Source: Diplonema japonicum
Taxonomy: Eukaryota > Protista > Euglenozoa: Diplonemea
Assembly (NCBI GenBank): GCA_964019335.1
Contig: OZ025734.1
Coordinates: 124,001 to 188,000 of the forward strand
Reading direction: 5' to 3'
Length of the DNA stretch: 64,000 nucleotides
Below the pieces are notes generated by a model. The model saw only the letters and a list, made by a program, of their open reading frames with translations. It searched no databases and was not told the origin of the DNA. Shown here in pieces: positions 22,071-33,111 of this stretch (the first letter of the stretch is position 1; each line of letters begins with the position of its first letter). The position numbers and the translations under genes are program-made.

Positions 22071-23045
22071 TCAGGTCCCGGGGCACAGCAATTGTTTTAA
22101 ACAAGCATGTCTTACGACCTTGCTGTAACCAGTTTTGTCTATGAAGTTGTGTGTCACAGCGATCCCGTGGGAGGTTGTGGTGACGTCGTGTGCCCACCCT
22201 TGCGGCACGAAAAGGATCTGCCCGGGCGTCAGAGTGGTGGTGATGACCGCCGCCTCCCCGGCTGTCGGGAACCTGACCGGGTCGATATTGGAGAGGTCTG
22301 CAAAACCATGATCGTCAATAAGGTGGGAGATATCAGATGGCGGAACGAATTTCCAGATTTTTTCTCCTTGTATCTGCCCCATCCAGGCATGGGTAAGACA
22401 TGGATCGATGTGCAGAGGAGTACGCACTCCTTTAGGGCCTATGAACAACCATTTGAAGTCGGGTCTATCCTCTTCCTTCATCTTGTCGAAATAGTCTGTT
22501 GCCCATTCGGGCGGGGTATAATCGTTGCTTAGGACCTTGGCGGTATCGTCAGTTCGGAAATCCCATGCTCGGAGGTAGGGAGGAGGGGTTTGTGTTCTTT
22601 CAGAGACCTCTGTTAGTTTCTCGAAACTTCTGATGAAGGTGCCGAGGGGCATTTCTTCCGTCCTGTCTTCTTTTGGTTTTACCAGTTTTCCTTTTGAAAA
22701 GCTGACGTGTACCTTGCAGTCAGAAAATCTGTTTAAGAACGTTTCTAATGTCCAATCAGACCAAGCGTTCCAGTCCTTGCACCCATTCTCCACCGTGAAT
22801 GGGCGGTTCAGTTCCATTAGTTCCCGGATGGCCTCCAGACGATGCGCATCCACTACGGGAACGTGGCGGACGTGCTCCATGCTGTTTACTATCTTCTGGT
22901 AGTGGAAGTCTTCGAGAATCATTTTTCGAGTCGCCAGGTCCCACATTCTAATCGCCCAGTTGTCCTCTGCAAAGACTACATATCTCTTGAAAAGCAGAAG
23001 GAACGTCTTCGCCGTGGTTGGGGGTGAGCTTGTATTTTCGGACAT
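22071..23045 (-). CDS. JmjC-domain 2OG/Fe(II) oxygenase (JMJD4/JMJD6-like)
   Basis: WLFIGPKGVRTPLHID ... GEKIWKFVPP ... PGQILFVPQGWAHDV ... AVTHNF. HxD..H triad is intact. Confidence 0.9.
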   Translation of the reverse strand: MSENTSSPPTTAKTFLLLFKRYVVFAEDNWAIRMWDLATRKMILEDFHYQKIVNSMEHVRHVPVVDAHRLEAIRELMELNRPFTVENGCKDWNAWSDWTLETFLNRFSDCKVHVSFSKGKLVKPKEDRTEEMPLGTFIRSFEKLTEVSERTQTPPPYLRAWDFRTDDTAKVLSNDYTPPEWATDYFDKMKEEDRPDFKWLFIGPKGVRTPLHIDPCLTHAWMGQIQGEKIWKFVPPSDISHLIDDHGFADLSNIDPVRFPTAGEAAVITTTLTPGQILFVPQGWAHDVTTTSHGIAVTHNFIDKTGYSKVVRHACLKQLLCPGT

Positions 23046-23156
23046 TGTGTTCTTTTTTTTTTCTTTTTTTTTTTCTTTTTTTGAAAGAATTGTTATTTAT
23101 CTGACTCTTTTCAGTATAAAAAAAATAAAATAAATAAGACAGCAACACTTCTTTTT

Positions 23157-23198
<42 letters not shown>

Positions 23199-23199
<1 letters not shown>

Positions 23200-23302
23200 C
23201 ACTGTTGTCTCAGCTCTTTTTCGGCATCCACCAATGCCTGTATGCCCTTGGCAAACTGATTCACCTGATCTGCCTCCGTCTCGAACGTTGGTTGCGTTGC
23301 GA

Positions 23303-23349
<47 letters not shown>

Positions 23350-23518
23350 CATGTTCCTCCCTCTCACATACCCTCCAGTACCCTTGTTCCTCCTGTGGGT
23401 GGGTCAGCGGCCGCAGCCCGAGGTCTGTCAATTTCCGTAAAAATGCATAATCTGTGCAAAGGCGGGGAATATGAACCACCGCTTCCTGTTGTATGTTACA
23501 ATTTTACAAAAGATTCTA

Positions 23519-23553
<35 letters not shown>

Positions 23554-23736
23554 TATGAGTTAAAGGAGGCCGGTGTTGGCGGCGCCCTTGAAAAAAAAAC
23601 GCACAAACCAATGTCAATGCTGTACCAAGTTCGGAGACATCATGCCCGGCGAAGCCGTGCTGAGAGGTCCAATGAAACTTCGAAGGGAGGTCCGCCTCGA
23701 TGAGGTTGACGTTAGTGGCGAGGCGGCTTATCGCCT

Positions 23737-23773
<37 letters not shown>

Positions 23774-24561
23774 ACCTTCCCCAAATCACTGCTCCGTTCG
23801 TAACTAGCCAGTTCCATGTGATGCCTACCGTTCACCCACACTGAGAATTGCTTATTCCCAGACAGGTACAACCCTCGAGAGTCAGGCCAGTCCCGTGTGA
23901 CGCCTGATATTTTATCTTGCTCGGATGATGGTTTATTGAATACTATCCCCTTCTTGGAAAGCGCCACACTGTCTTCCTGAGGAATGCCTGCCACTGGCCG
24001 GTAGTCACCCGGTGTGGGGAGGGACTGGGAAATAGACTTTGAAACAAGCTGTTCTATGTGTCTCCGTTGAGCCCGCGAGCATGCGGGTGTGAAGGGGAAC
24101 TCAGAGATATTTCTGTAGCACCTTGCCGTGACCTCCTTCACGATGTGCTTGTCGAGTATAATGTTTATATCTTCGCAAGAAACGAGACTTTTCTTGTGTT
24201 CCCTTCGTTTGAAGATACCGTCGATGACCTGATCGAAGACGTCGCGGAACAGCTCATAGCACTCTACATCACCTGCGATGATGCCAGCGTCTTTCTTCCC
24301 TAGCGGGCTGCCTTTTAAATCCACTCCCGCCTGAATGCACTTGTCCAGGGTGAACCCAGAGGGGGTGGTGATCCTTTTGTAGGAGTCGTACGTCGCCTTG
24401 CTCATGGTCTTTGCCAGGATATTGTGGTGGTCCTCCAGATTCGGAAAATCCGGCCATTTTGCGTCTTTGCTGTGGCTGCCTTTGTTGCGGTACGCCAGCC
24501 CTGCACCCGCACAACCAATGATGAGGTATATCCCCCGTGACCTCAGGGTTTTCGATGACAT
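23199..24561 (-). CDS. Creatine/phosphagen kinase-like protein with degenerate catalytic motifs, 4 exons (introns 23735-23775, 23486-23608, 23304-23371)
   Basis: FPNLEDHHNILAK, TPSGFTLDKCIQAGVD, GIIAGDVECYELF and RDWPDSRG motifs. The spliced exons give FHWTSQHGF..LGTAL, VHIPRL and EADQVNQFAKGIQALVDAEKEL*, collinear with the CK C-terminus. Confidence 0.88.
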
Positions 24562-24711
24562 TTCTTTTTTTTTTTTTTTCTTTGGGAAAAAAAAAGTTCA
24601 CGGCGGCGGGGAAATTTCAAAAAAGAATTTCAGAAAAAAAAAAAAAAAAAAAAAAAACTACACAGTAAGTGGGAATCTAAAGGGGAGGGGGAAGGGAGGG
24701 GGGTAATAGTA

Positions 24712-25853
24712 TTAAACAGAAGGCCCTCTGTCCAACCGCACCGCGGCGGCCATGGCCCGCTCCCGCTCCTCGGTGAAGATCGCCTCGTCCGCCTCGCACC
24801 GCATGATCTCCTCGTTCACCTTATTTATCCCGTCGTCTATCTTGTCGAGCAGGTTCCTCACACGGTCTGTGAGCTTCTCACACTGCACAGACGACTGCGA
24901 GACAATGAGCTCGTAAGCGGTGAAGTCGATGCCCTGCCCTACCTCAGCGGACTTCTGCGCCTCCCACCAAGATTCGGATTTTTTCAACGCGTTCTGCTGC
25001 TGCTCCAGACTCGTCAGCGTCACAGCCCGTTTGTGCTTCAAATCTTGACGCTGTGGTGTATTTTCTTTTTTTTTCTTCTTTTCCCCCCATTTAACACACA
25101 TACCTTGACAAGCAGCCCTTTTTTCTTCACCTTCGCAGCGTCAATCCGACAGCAAATGCTTGCAAGCTTCTCATCATGATCTTCAACAGCGTGACGGATG
25201 TCAGGCGAGAACGACCGTTCCGACACAAGCTTCTTCCGAGGAGGGGTGATACGAACGCTTTGCGGTGAAAGCGGAGGTTGCTGTTGAGGATGATGGTTCC
25301 GCGACGAAGGCTGTGACGCCAGCGCTGCACGGAGCGACGCGATCTCGTCGTCTCGCTTACGCAGGCGGTGTTTTAAAACCTTTACGGACTCTTCCGTTGC
25401 AAGAGGCGGGCTGTTTTCCACCGATTTTACCTTTCTCACCTTCCATAACACGTCGGTAAGACAGTCTGCTACATCTGAAAGGTCACTGATGGGATGCTGA
25501 AACCCAAGCTCCGAGGTGAGGTCGTCGAGCTTCGCCAAAACCCTCGCCATGCCTTCTTCATCGTACGCCAAAGGTAGTGGGGCTTGAGTAGACAGATCGG
25601 TCATTCCCCCGGGAGACTTGACATCCCACACAGGGGCGTAGGGTTCCTCAGGCGTGACCGCATAAGGCGGCGGGGGCAAAACGCTCGGTAGAGGGACTTG
25701 TACTGCCCTGGGCTGGGGGGGCATCACCTTTTGCAACTCCGCTTGTTGGACGCTAAGTATGTTCATTTTACGAACAAGCTCGTCCTGCTGCCGCCTCACC
25801 TCTGCCAGCTCATCGGCATCGCTAGATGTGCAGCTCACTGATGCCTGGTCCAT
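24712..25853 (-). CDS. Coiled-coil hypothetical protein, 2 exons (intron 25051-25103); 5' end uncertain
   Basis: GTATGT...ACCACAG joins LLVK to RQDLKHK in phase. The retroelement insertion lies immediately upstream. Confidence 0.7.
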
Positions 25854-25908
25854 GTCCACCGCGTCATTTATCTTTTTTTTCTCTCTTTTTTTTTTTTTTT
25901 TTTTTTTC

Positions 25909-25957
25909 CCGAAAAACACACAAATTCTAAAAGGTGCGACACCTCAGCGGGAGAAAT
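25909..25957 (+). repeat. Inverted copy of about 27948-27995 (intron/exon junction of the neighbouring gene)
   Basis: ccgaaaaacacacaaattctaaaaggtgcgacacctcagcgggagaaat is the exact reverse complement of the 27.95-kb segment. Confidence 0.9.
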
Positions 25958-25989
25958 CAGACAAAGAAAAGGTGCGACACCGCAGCGGG

Positions 25990-27725
25990 GGTGGGAGAGT
26001 TCTCTCTGCTAACGGGGATGAGTCTCAACCTGAAGAAGACGGTCATGTTCTCCACAGAAGGGTCCGGGTCGGTGAAATGCGGGCGGGAAGTGCTTGCAGC
26101 CAAGACGGAGATCAGCGCCCTGGGCATCAAGGTTTGCATGGACGGCGAGCACAGGGCCAAGCCCCTTGTAGGAATGGAACGGGCGTGCGGAACGCTGGCT
26201 GCCATGCCGTTGGGATTCTCACAGAAGGCAAGGATCATCTCCAGCTCCATCCCCCCCTCTTGCCTCTACGGTGTTGCGTATGCCCCCCCCTCGAAAGTGG
26301 ATGCAGGCACAATCCGGTCGAGAGTTGCGACATGCCTCTGGGGACCGAAGTTCAAGATGCGCTCACCGTGTGCTGTAGCGAACATCTTGCTGCCGGGGCA
26401 CACGACGGACCCGCTGGTGGTGACGCTTTATCGACTGTTGTGCACGGTGGTGAAGGTTGGTAGGTCGGATGCAGAGCTGTGGGACCGGATGGGAAGGTGT
26501 GCCGCCCTGTACCTGCAGAGCGACGTGGAAGCCCAGCGACGTGGAAGCCCAGGGACCAGTGGGAACCCTAGTGAGACGATGGCTGCCGGCGATCGGGAAG
26601 AGCTGGAGTTTTGTGGAAGGGCTGAGTACCGCGACCGAGCGGGAACGCAAACACGAGATCCGCCAAGTGGCACGGGCCATGACAGCAGCGGAACAAGCAG
26701 AAGGGAGGACCTCCTACAGCGGCATGCCGGAGGGGGCCGACCCGGTCACGAACGGGTGGTGGAGGGCGCTCGCGAACAACCCGATGGCGGCGTACAGGTT
26801 GAGGAGGCTGATTGCTGGGGCGGTGTTTGCGGTGTACCCTGCGGTGCGGGGAGTGGCGGAGGGGCCGGACAACCCGCTGCAGCACCTCTGTGGAGCGTTA
26901 CGGCAGCTACACCGAGGTGCTGGAGCACGCCCTCTGGCGATGCGGACTCGGAGATGCGGTGCGGGGCAAGGCAGAGTATGCGAGCCTCGACCCGGCGACC
27001 ATGCCGAACGCGACGGCGCTCCACGGGATAGTGCCCAGGGGATGCCAAGACAAGCCGAGGACCCTGTTGGTGCAAAGGTACCTGCTGGAGGTGGTCACGC
27101 TGAGGGATACGGCGGTGGAAGCGAGCCGCGCATTGCAGACGCAGGCATACCCGTGGCGGGTGGTCGTGAAGGGCCGACGCCGACGGTGGCCGAATTACGT
27201 GGGCTGGGAGCATCGGGGAAGGTGATGGACAGGCTGCTGGGGCCGGTGCTGAGGTGGCTGAGTGGCTTGCTGTGGGATGACGCCCCTGGACGGCACACGG
27301 TTACGACGCTGGAGCTTGCCCTCGACTTCGAGCGGGAGACGGAGCTGCCGCTAGACGACGGCGGGGAAGTGGGCAAGGTGGAGGACCTGGGCGTCAAGGC
27401 AAGAAGGCTGAGGTATGTGCTGAGACGTGTCCAGGACCTGTACCACGCTGATGGCAGAAGGACGGCGTTCCCAGCAGCGCGAGTGGATCGCGTCAACTCC
27501 TTGCGCTGTATAGGAGGACCGACCACACACGGGTATGACAGGAGGCCAGTACTCCCGGAGCGAACCATGAGCAGCATCGAAGGCTTGCGTGACACGTACC
27601 TGTCGCAGACCCCGACAAGGCTGCCCCGCAGTTTTACCACCGCAGTAGGAACCCGCCAGAGCCCCCAGAACGGGGACAACGGGGACTAAGTACAGAGCGG
27701 CCGGTGAGCGCAAAAACGCATACCT
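25990..27725 (+). mobile_element. 5'-truncated, frameshifted non-LTR retrotransposon (RT C-terminal/thumb region plus a Cys/His motif)
   Basis: GMSLNLKKT..ALGI..PSCLYG..CLWG resembles the LINE RT end. EVLEHALWRC is a zinc-knuckle-like motif in another frame. A 16-bp tandem duplication at about 26519-26550 shifts the frame. The segment is GC-rich and on the strand opposite to the host genes. Confidence 0.75.
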
Positions 27726-27868
27726 TAAAAGAATAGTTTTTTTTTTTTTTTTTTTTGGAGGATGGTGTGGGGGGGGGAGAATAAAGAAAACAAATAATAC
27801 GGAGCTAGTTGGGAGAGGGTGGTTGAAATTTCTTTTATAAATTCATTTTTTTTTTTTTTTTTTTTTTT

Positions 27869-29198
27869 TCAATCCTCATCTTCGCTGCTGTCCTCCAACC
27901 CAAGGAGCAGTCTTGCACGGGCACCCGAACTACCGGTCTCCCGAAAATTTCTCCCGCTGAGGTGTCGCACCTTTTAGAATTTGTGTGTTTTTCGGAAAAA
28001 AAAAAAAAAAAAAAAAAACCTGGTTCTTGCTGCTCGTGATGATCCACGTTCCGTACCGTTTGTGGCAGCTGGGCCCTTCCTCCTTCAAGGATTTGATCTG
28101 GGCTTGGTTCAGACGGTCTTCGGGGAAGTCCCCCCGTCTGATTGGCACCCCGCTCTCCGCGGCCCTCCCCCGCATGCCGAAAACAAACTTCACAAGGTGT
28201 GAAGTACGCGCAATGTGCGTCGCTGCAAAAAAAAACTTTTGTTTTCTCTCTTTTTTTTTTTTTAACAACATACAATCCAACCAAGCAAGACAAGGCGTCA
28301 GGCCCAAAGTAGGCGACACGCGCACAGGTTGAAGCACAGGGTCTGCCCAGTCAACAGACGGCGCACGCGTCCGTATTCTTTCCATGTGATTCTTCAGGCT
28401 GGAGTTCATCATGTACACAACCTTGTAAATCGACGGCGCTGCACCCATAGTAAGCAAGACTTCCTTTAAAGGAAACGCTTTTTCGAAATACCTGTCGTGT
28501 TGGATAACCATGGTGTAGGGGGTACGAACGTGTTGGGAAATCGCGGTTCGGACCGCCCACCCGAATCCGTTTCGCGCGGTAAGCTCCACGAGAACGGAGT
28601 TTTCGGGAAGGATCTTTTTCAGGTTTTCTTTGTATTCCTCGTAAGCACCATGAGAGGAAGAGGTGACCACACCCCGTTTAAAACCGAGTTTTTCTTTGGA
28701 AGTTGTTTCATTGGCTATATCGCAACCGTCACACACGACGACAAGCCTGCACTGGTCAAGACCTTCGACTACTTTAAATGTGGATAGAACAGCGTCTATG
28801 AGAGTCACTTCTGGGTTTGATTGTGTTGGTGAAGTTGTTACTACTATTGTTAGCTGTTTTTCGAAGCTGAAGGGCCCTGCAGGATTTTCGTCTATCTCGT
28901 CTAAGATGCTTGGTTTTTCTGGTTTTTTGGGTTCTATTTCCTCGGGGGCGTCCTTCTTCACAATTTCTAAGGCGCGGGCCTTTTCGGTTTCGTCCGTGAT
29001 GTGCCCGAAGCTGCACCCTTCCCTCCCGACTCCCTCCGCGTATTTCAGCCCGCAGTCGTCGCCCCTCCGATCGTCTTCACACCATGTTATGTGGCCCTTT
29101 CCTCTGAGATATGCGGCGCCTTTCCCGCTGACCCACACTGATTCCTTCGGAACTTTTATGGTGATGTTTCTCACCTTGAACCTGACGGTTTCCGTCAT
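27869..29198 (-). CDS. Hypothetical protein with an N-terminal Cys/His finger and a GT-A-like (glycosyltransferase-like) domain, 3 exons (introns 28223-28273, 27971-28019)
   Basis: LTIVVTTSP, LVVVCDG, GFGWAVR..VRTPYTMVIQHD. Splicing restores WLDSTH and VRHLSGRNF...EDED*. Confidence 0.7.
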
Positions 29199-29331
29199 TT
29201 TTTTTTTCTTCTTTTTTTTTTTTTTTTCTGTACAGGTGTTAACAGTTTATTAATAATAATTTATAAGAAATCAATAAATATTTGTAACAAAAAAAGGGGG
29301 GGTGAGCTTTTTTTTTTTAGTGTCCTATAGG

Positions 29332-29568
29332 TCACTTCTTCAAAAACTTGTCCGGATTTTGCTTGATCACTGTTTGCGTTGCCAGGATGTGCGTCCGTTC
29401 TTCCTCCGATAATTCTAGGGGGGGGGGGGGTTTATATTTTTTTCCCCCAAAAAATTTACAAAAGTTTTTATAAATAAAAATACCATTCAAAGCAGCAGGA
29501 TCAAGGTTCATGAACGTTTCAATCTCCTCATTGGAGAGGCTTTCGATTTCACGCTCCTTTATTTATTT

Positions 29569-29621
<53 letters not shown>

Positions 29622-30300
29622 ATACAATGGCAGCTCTTTTCGAATCCTGTTTCTTGTAGGCAGGTTCGCCCTGCGCTTGGCTTTCCGCAGAGCGTTTCTT
29701 GGGCAGCTCCCCGCGTGCCCTTGCGTCCCGCCGCTTCTCCTTGTCCCTCATGCGCTGTGTCTGCTCGGTTTCGGGGTCTCTTCGGATAATGCCCATGTAG
29801 TAGAAAATGTGCAGCATTGCCATGCAAAGCTGAGGATTTTGTTTGAGGATTTCCTTTGATTTCTCCTCGTCATCAGCGACGAGTTGTTTCATTTGCTCGA
29901 CGGCTTCGTAGATCTCAGTCAAGGAGAGTTCCTTCAGCCGTTGGGCGATGGGGGTAGTGGCGTCTAGCTCGAGGCGGGGGATGATCTTCTGCTGCGCCTC
30001 GTGTTCTTTAACAGCTGTTTCCTTACCGCCGTCGGCCGGCTTCACCCTCAGAACCACTCCATTGATAGACCTCTGTGAGAGGTTTGCAACCGCGGCATCC
30101 TTCCCCGCTACGTCAAAATACTCGCAAAAGCCGTATCCCTTATGCTTGTGCTTCTTCCCCGCGCCGGTGTTCGCGTGATACACGAATTCCAACGACTTCA
30201 CGGGACCGACCTCCTCGAATATCGGCCTGAGGTCCTCCGGCTCCATGTAATCCGGGATGTTGGAGATCATCACCCTGCACGCATTGTTTTTGCGATTCAT
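29332..30300 (-). CDS. CSTF2: Cleavage stimulation factor 64 kDa subunit (RRM, hinge and C-terminal domain), 3 exons (introns 29557-29625, 29415-29483)
   Basis: RRM with KGYGFCEY and hinge (EQMK..ILKQNPQLCMAML..MGII). Spliced tail FMNLDPAALNELSEEERTHIL resembles CSTF_C. Confidence 0.85.
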
Positions 30301-30374
30301 CTTTATTTATTTTATTTTTTTTTTTTTTAATTTCTCCTTTTTTTTTTTTTTCTTTTTTGCAACACTAAGTACGA

Positions 30375-30415
<41 letters not shown>

Positions 30416-30428
30416 AAAGAAAGAAATA

Positions 30429-31634
30429 TCAAGTGCGAGCTTCAAACCCAGGCGTGCCTATCACAACTGCTAAAGATCGTTTAGCAGGGGTTAGATGGGG
30501 TGTGCCTGCCTTGTCGAAGACGGCCTGGAGGCTCTTTCGGTATGAGGCACTCTCTTTGAGCTTGTTCTCGAGCAGGTCGTGGTGAATGGAGGAAGCTAGG
30601 ACGGTGTCAGCCCCGGCAAGCCTCAACATCGATACGAAAATGGAAGTGCTGCGTGCTTGTTGTAAAAGCTTGGCGGCGTGGTAGAAGGGGAGGACCCTTT
30701 CGAGCCGGGCGGGTCGTTCCTCTTCGCTGCAGGTTGACGCACACCGAAACACTGACATATAGGCATGTGTTGTAAATGGCTTATAAATCTTTTCCAAAAG
30801 CGAAATTAGCTTCTCGAGCTCGCCGCTGTCCTCGTATACCTTGGAAAGATACACCCTGCTGCCATGCGACGCGTGTTTTATGTCGTGAAAAACACGTTCT
30901 GCAGATTTCAAATCCTTGGAAAACCGACACACCAGCAACAATTGCTTCCCAATATCGTCTTCTGTCTTGTCCAGTCCGAACTGCTCCATGACAAGGGAGG
31001 CCCGGTGCATGTCTGGGGAACCGGAAAGGAGCATTAAAACCGTGTTTCTATCCGTTGCTTTGACAGCGGTCTTCGTCACGAACCTCAACGCGGTCTCGAA
31101 CGCACCATCAATGACAAGCGCTTTAGTCGCGAAGAGTCTTGTCGAATCGTTCGGGGTGAGGCCTTTTTGTTTCATCTCCTCTAGGATTTTAACAGCGTTC
31201 TTGCTTGAGTCAGTGTTCCGGACCGCAACAGCGTGCAGCTTCTGGTTGTAAGATGTCAGGTCTGGTTCGATCCCCATTGAGGCCATTTCTCCCCAAACCT
31301 CGTTGAAGAAGGTTGTTAGCTTGGTGCTGGAATAGTACATTAGCAACATGTTGCAGACATCTAGGGGTACCCCGTCCCGTGACTTGCTCTTGATGTCGTA
31401 AAAGGTCCGCATGGCTTCTGAAGCAGTGTGCAGGACCTTTGTGCTGTCCATTCTGAGACGTGTGCCGTACATCCATGGTGTGAGCGGGGGGGGGAACAGC
31501 TTCTTCATCGTTGTCATCGCTTCGCTGTCGGGCTGCGGCGGTGGCCGTCGTGCCGATTGGTTTTTCACCCGTTTACCGTTTTTTATTGCCGCATTGGCGG
31601 CAGCCCGCCGCGCTGCCCAGGAAGGCGATTGCAT
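30429..31634 (-). CDS. Pentatricopeptide-repeat (PPR) protein, possibly mitochondrial
   Basis: EMASMGIEPDLTSYN and EEMKQKGLTPND PPR motifs. Basic Ala/Arg-rich N-terminus. Confidence 0.75.
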   Translation of the reverse strand: MQSPSWAARRAAANAAIKNGKRVKNQSARRPPPQPDSEAMTTMKKLFPPPLTPWMYGTRLRMDSTKVLHTASEAMRTFYDIKSKSRDGVPLDVCNMLLMYYSSTKLTTFFNEVWGEMASMGIEPDLTSYNQKLHAVAVRNTDSSKNAVKILEEMKQKGLTPNDSTRLFATKALVIDGAFETALRFVTKTAVKATDRNTVLMLLSGSPDMHRASLVMEQFGLDKTEDDIGKQLLLVCRFSKDLKSAERVFHDIKHASHGSRVYLSKVYEDSGELEKLISLLEKIYKPFTTHAYMSVFRCASTCSEEERPARLERVLPFYHAAKLLQQARSTSIFVSMLRLAGADTVLASSIHHDLLENKLKESASYRKSLQAVFDKAGTPHLTPAKRSLAVVIGTPGFEART

Positions 31635-31653
31635 TTTTTTTTTTTTTTTTTTT

Positions 31654-32027
31654 TTCCTCCACAGGTTATTGCATTTTCTGTCTCCCCCCTCTCCCCTTTT
31701 TTCCCCCCCCCCCTTTGTTTCAAAATATTAAACAAAAGTTTTATTTAAGAAAAAAAAAAGAGGGGGGGAGAATTCTAATGGAATCGATTGTAAGCAAGAC
31801 TTCCTTTAAAGGAAACGCTTTTTCGAAATACCTGTCGTGTTGGATAACCATGGTGTAGGGGGTACGAACGTGTTGGGAAATCGCGGTTCGGACCGCCCAC
31901 CCGAATCCGTTTCGCGCGGTAAGCTCCACGAGAACGGAGTTTTCGGGAAGGATCTTTTTCAGGTTTTCTTTGTATTCCTCGTAAGCACCATGAGAGGAAG
32001 AGGTGACCACACCCCGTTTAAAACCGA

Positions 32028-32065
<38 letters not shown>

Positions 32066-32957
32066 ATACAATGGCAGCTCTTTTCGAATCCTGTTTCTTG
32101 TAGGCAGGTTCGCCCTGCGCTTGGCTTTCCGCAGAGCGTTTCTTGGGCAGCTCCCCGCGTGCCCTTGTCCCCGTTTCTCCTTGTCCCTCATGCGCCCCTC
32201 ATGCGCTGTGTCTGCTCGGCTTCGGGGTCTCTTCGGATAATGCCCATGTAGTAGAAAATGTGCAGCATTGCCATGCAAAGCTGAGGATTTTGTTTGAGGA
32301 TTTCCTTTGATTTCTCCTCGTCATCAGCGACGAGTTGTTTCATTTGCTCGACGGCTTCGTAGATCTCAGTCAAGGAGAGTTCCTTCAGCCGTTGGGCGAT
32401 GGGGGTAGTGGCGTCTAGCTCGAGGCGGGGGATGATCTTCTGCTGCGCCTCGTGTTCTTTAACAGCTGTTTCCTTACCGCCGTCGGCCGGCTTCACCCTC
32501 AGAACCACTCCATTGATAGACCTCTGTGAGAGGTTTGCAACCGCGGCATCCTTCCCCGCTACGTCAAAATACTCGCAAAAGCCGTATCCCTTATGCTTGT
32601 GCTTCTTCCCCGCGCCGGTGTTCGCGTGATACACGAATTCCAACGACTTCACGGGACCGACCTCCTCGAATATCGGCCTGAGGTCCTCCGGCTCCATGTA
32701 ATCCGGGATGTTGGAGATCATCACCCTGCACGCATTGTTTTTGCGATTCATCTTTATTTATTTTATTTTTTTTTTTTTTTTAATTTCTCCTTTTTTTTTT
32801 TTTTTTTCCTTTTTTGCAACACTAAGTACGATTCCTCCACAGGTTATTGCATTTTCTGTCTCCCCCCTCTCCCCTTTTTTTTCCCCCCCCCTTTGTTTCA
32901 AAATATTAAACAAAAGTTTTATTTAAGAAAAAAAAAAGAGGGGGGGAGAATTCTAAT
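31654..32957. repeat. Mosaic local duplication bounded by about 125-bp direct repeats (31654-31779 and 32832-32957)
   Basis: 31790-32030 copies 28450-28690, and 32030-32831 copies about 29571-30373. Confidence 0.9.
32066..32751 (-). pseudogene. Truncated, frameshifted copy of CstF-64 exon 1
   Basis: Near-identical to the original up to RRDPE. A small tandem duplication and indels at about 32165-32205 create a stop at 32188. Exons 2-3 are absent. Confidence 0.75.
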
Positions 32958-33111
32958 TAGAAAAAAAAATAAGAGATCTTTTTATATGAGTTAAAAAAAG
33001 AGTTCGTGTGAGACGCCCTCCTTGTTCTAATCCTCTACCTGCAGCAGTGGTTTCAAAAAAAAAAAAAAAAGAAGATCATGAAAATGATTTTTTTTGTATT
33101 GAATAAACCTT

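Noticed and set aside
25909-27995. TIR DNA transposon defined by the 49-bp inverted repeat
   Set aside because: One arm is a functional intron/exon junction of a host gene, the interior is LINE-like, and no target-site duplication was seen.
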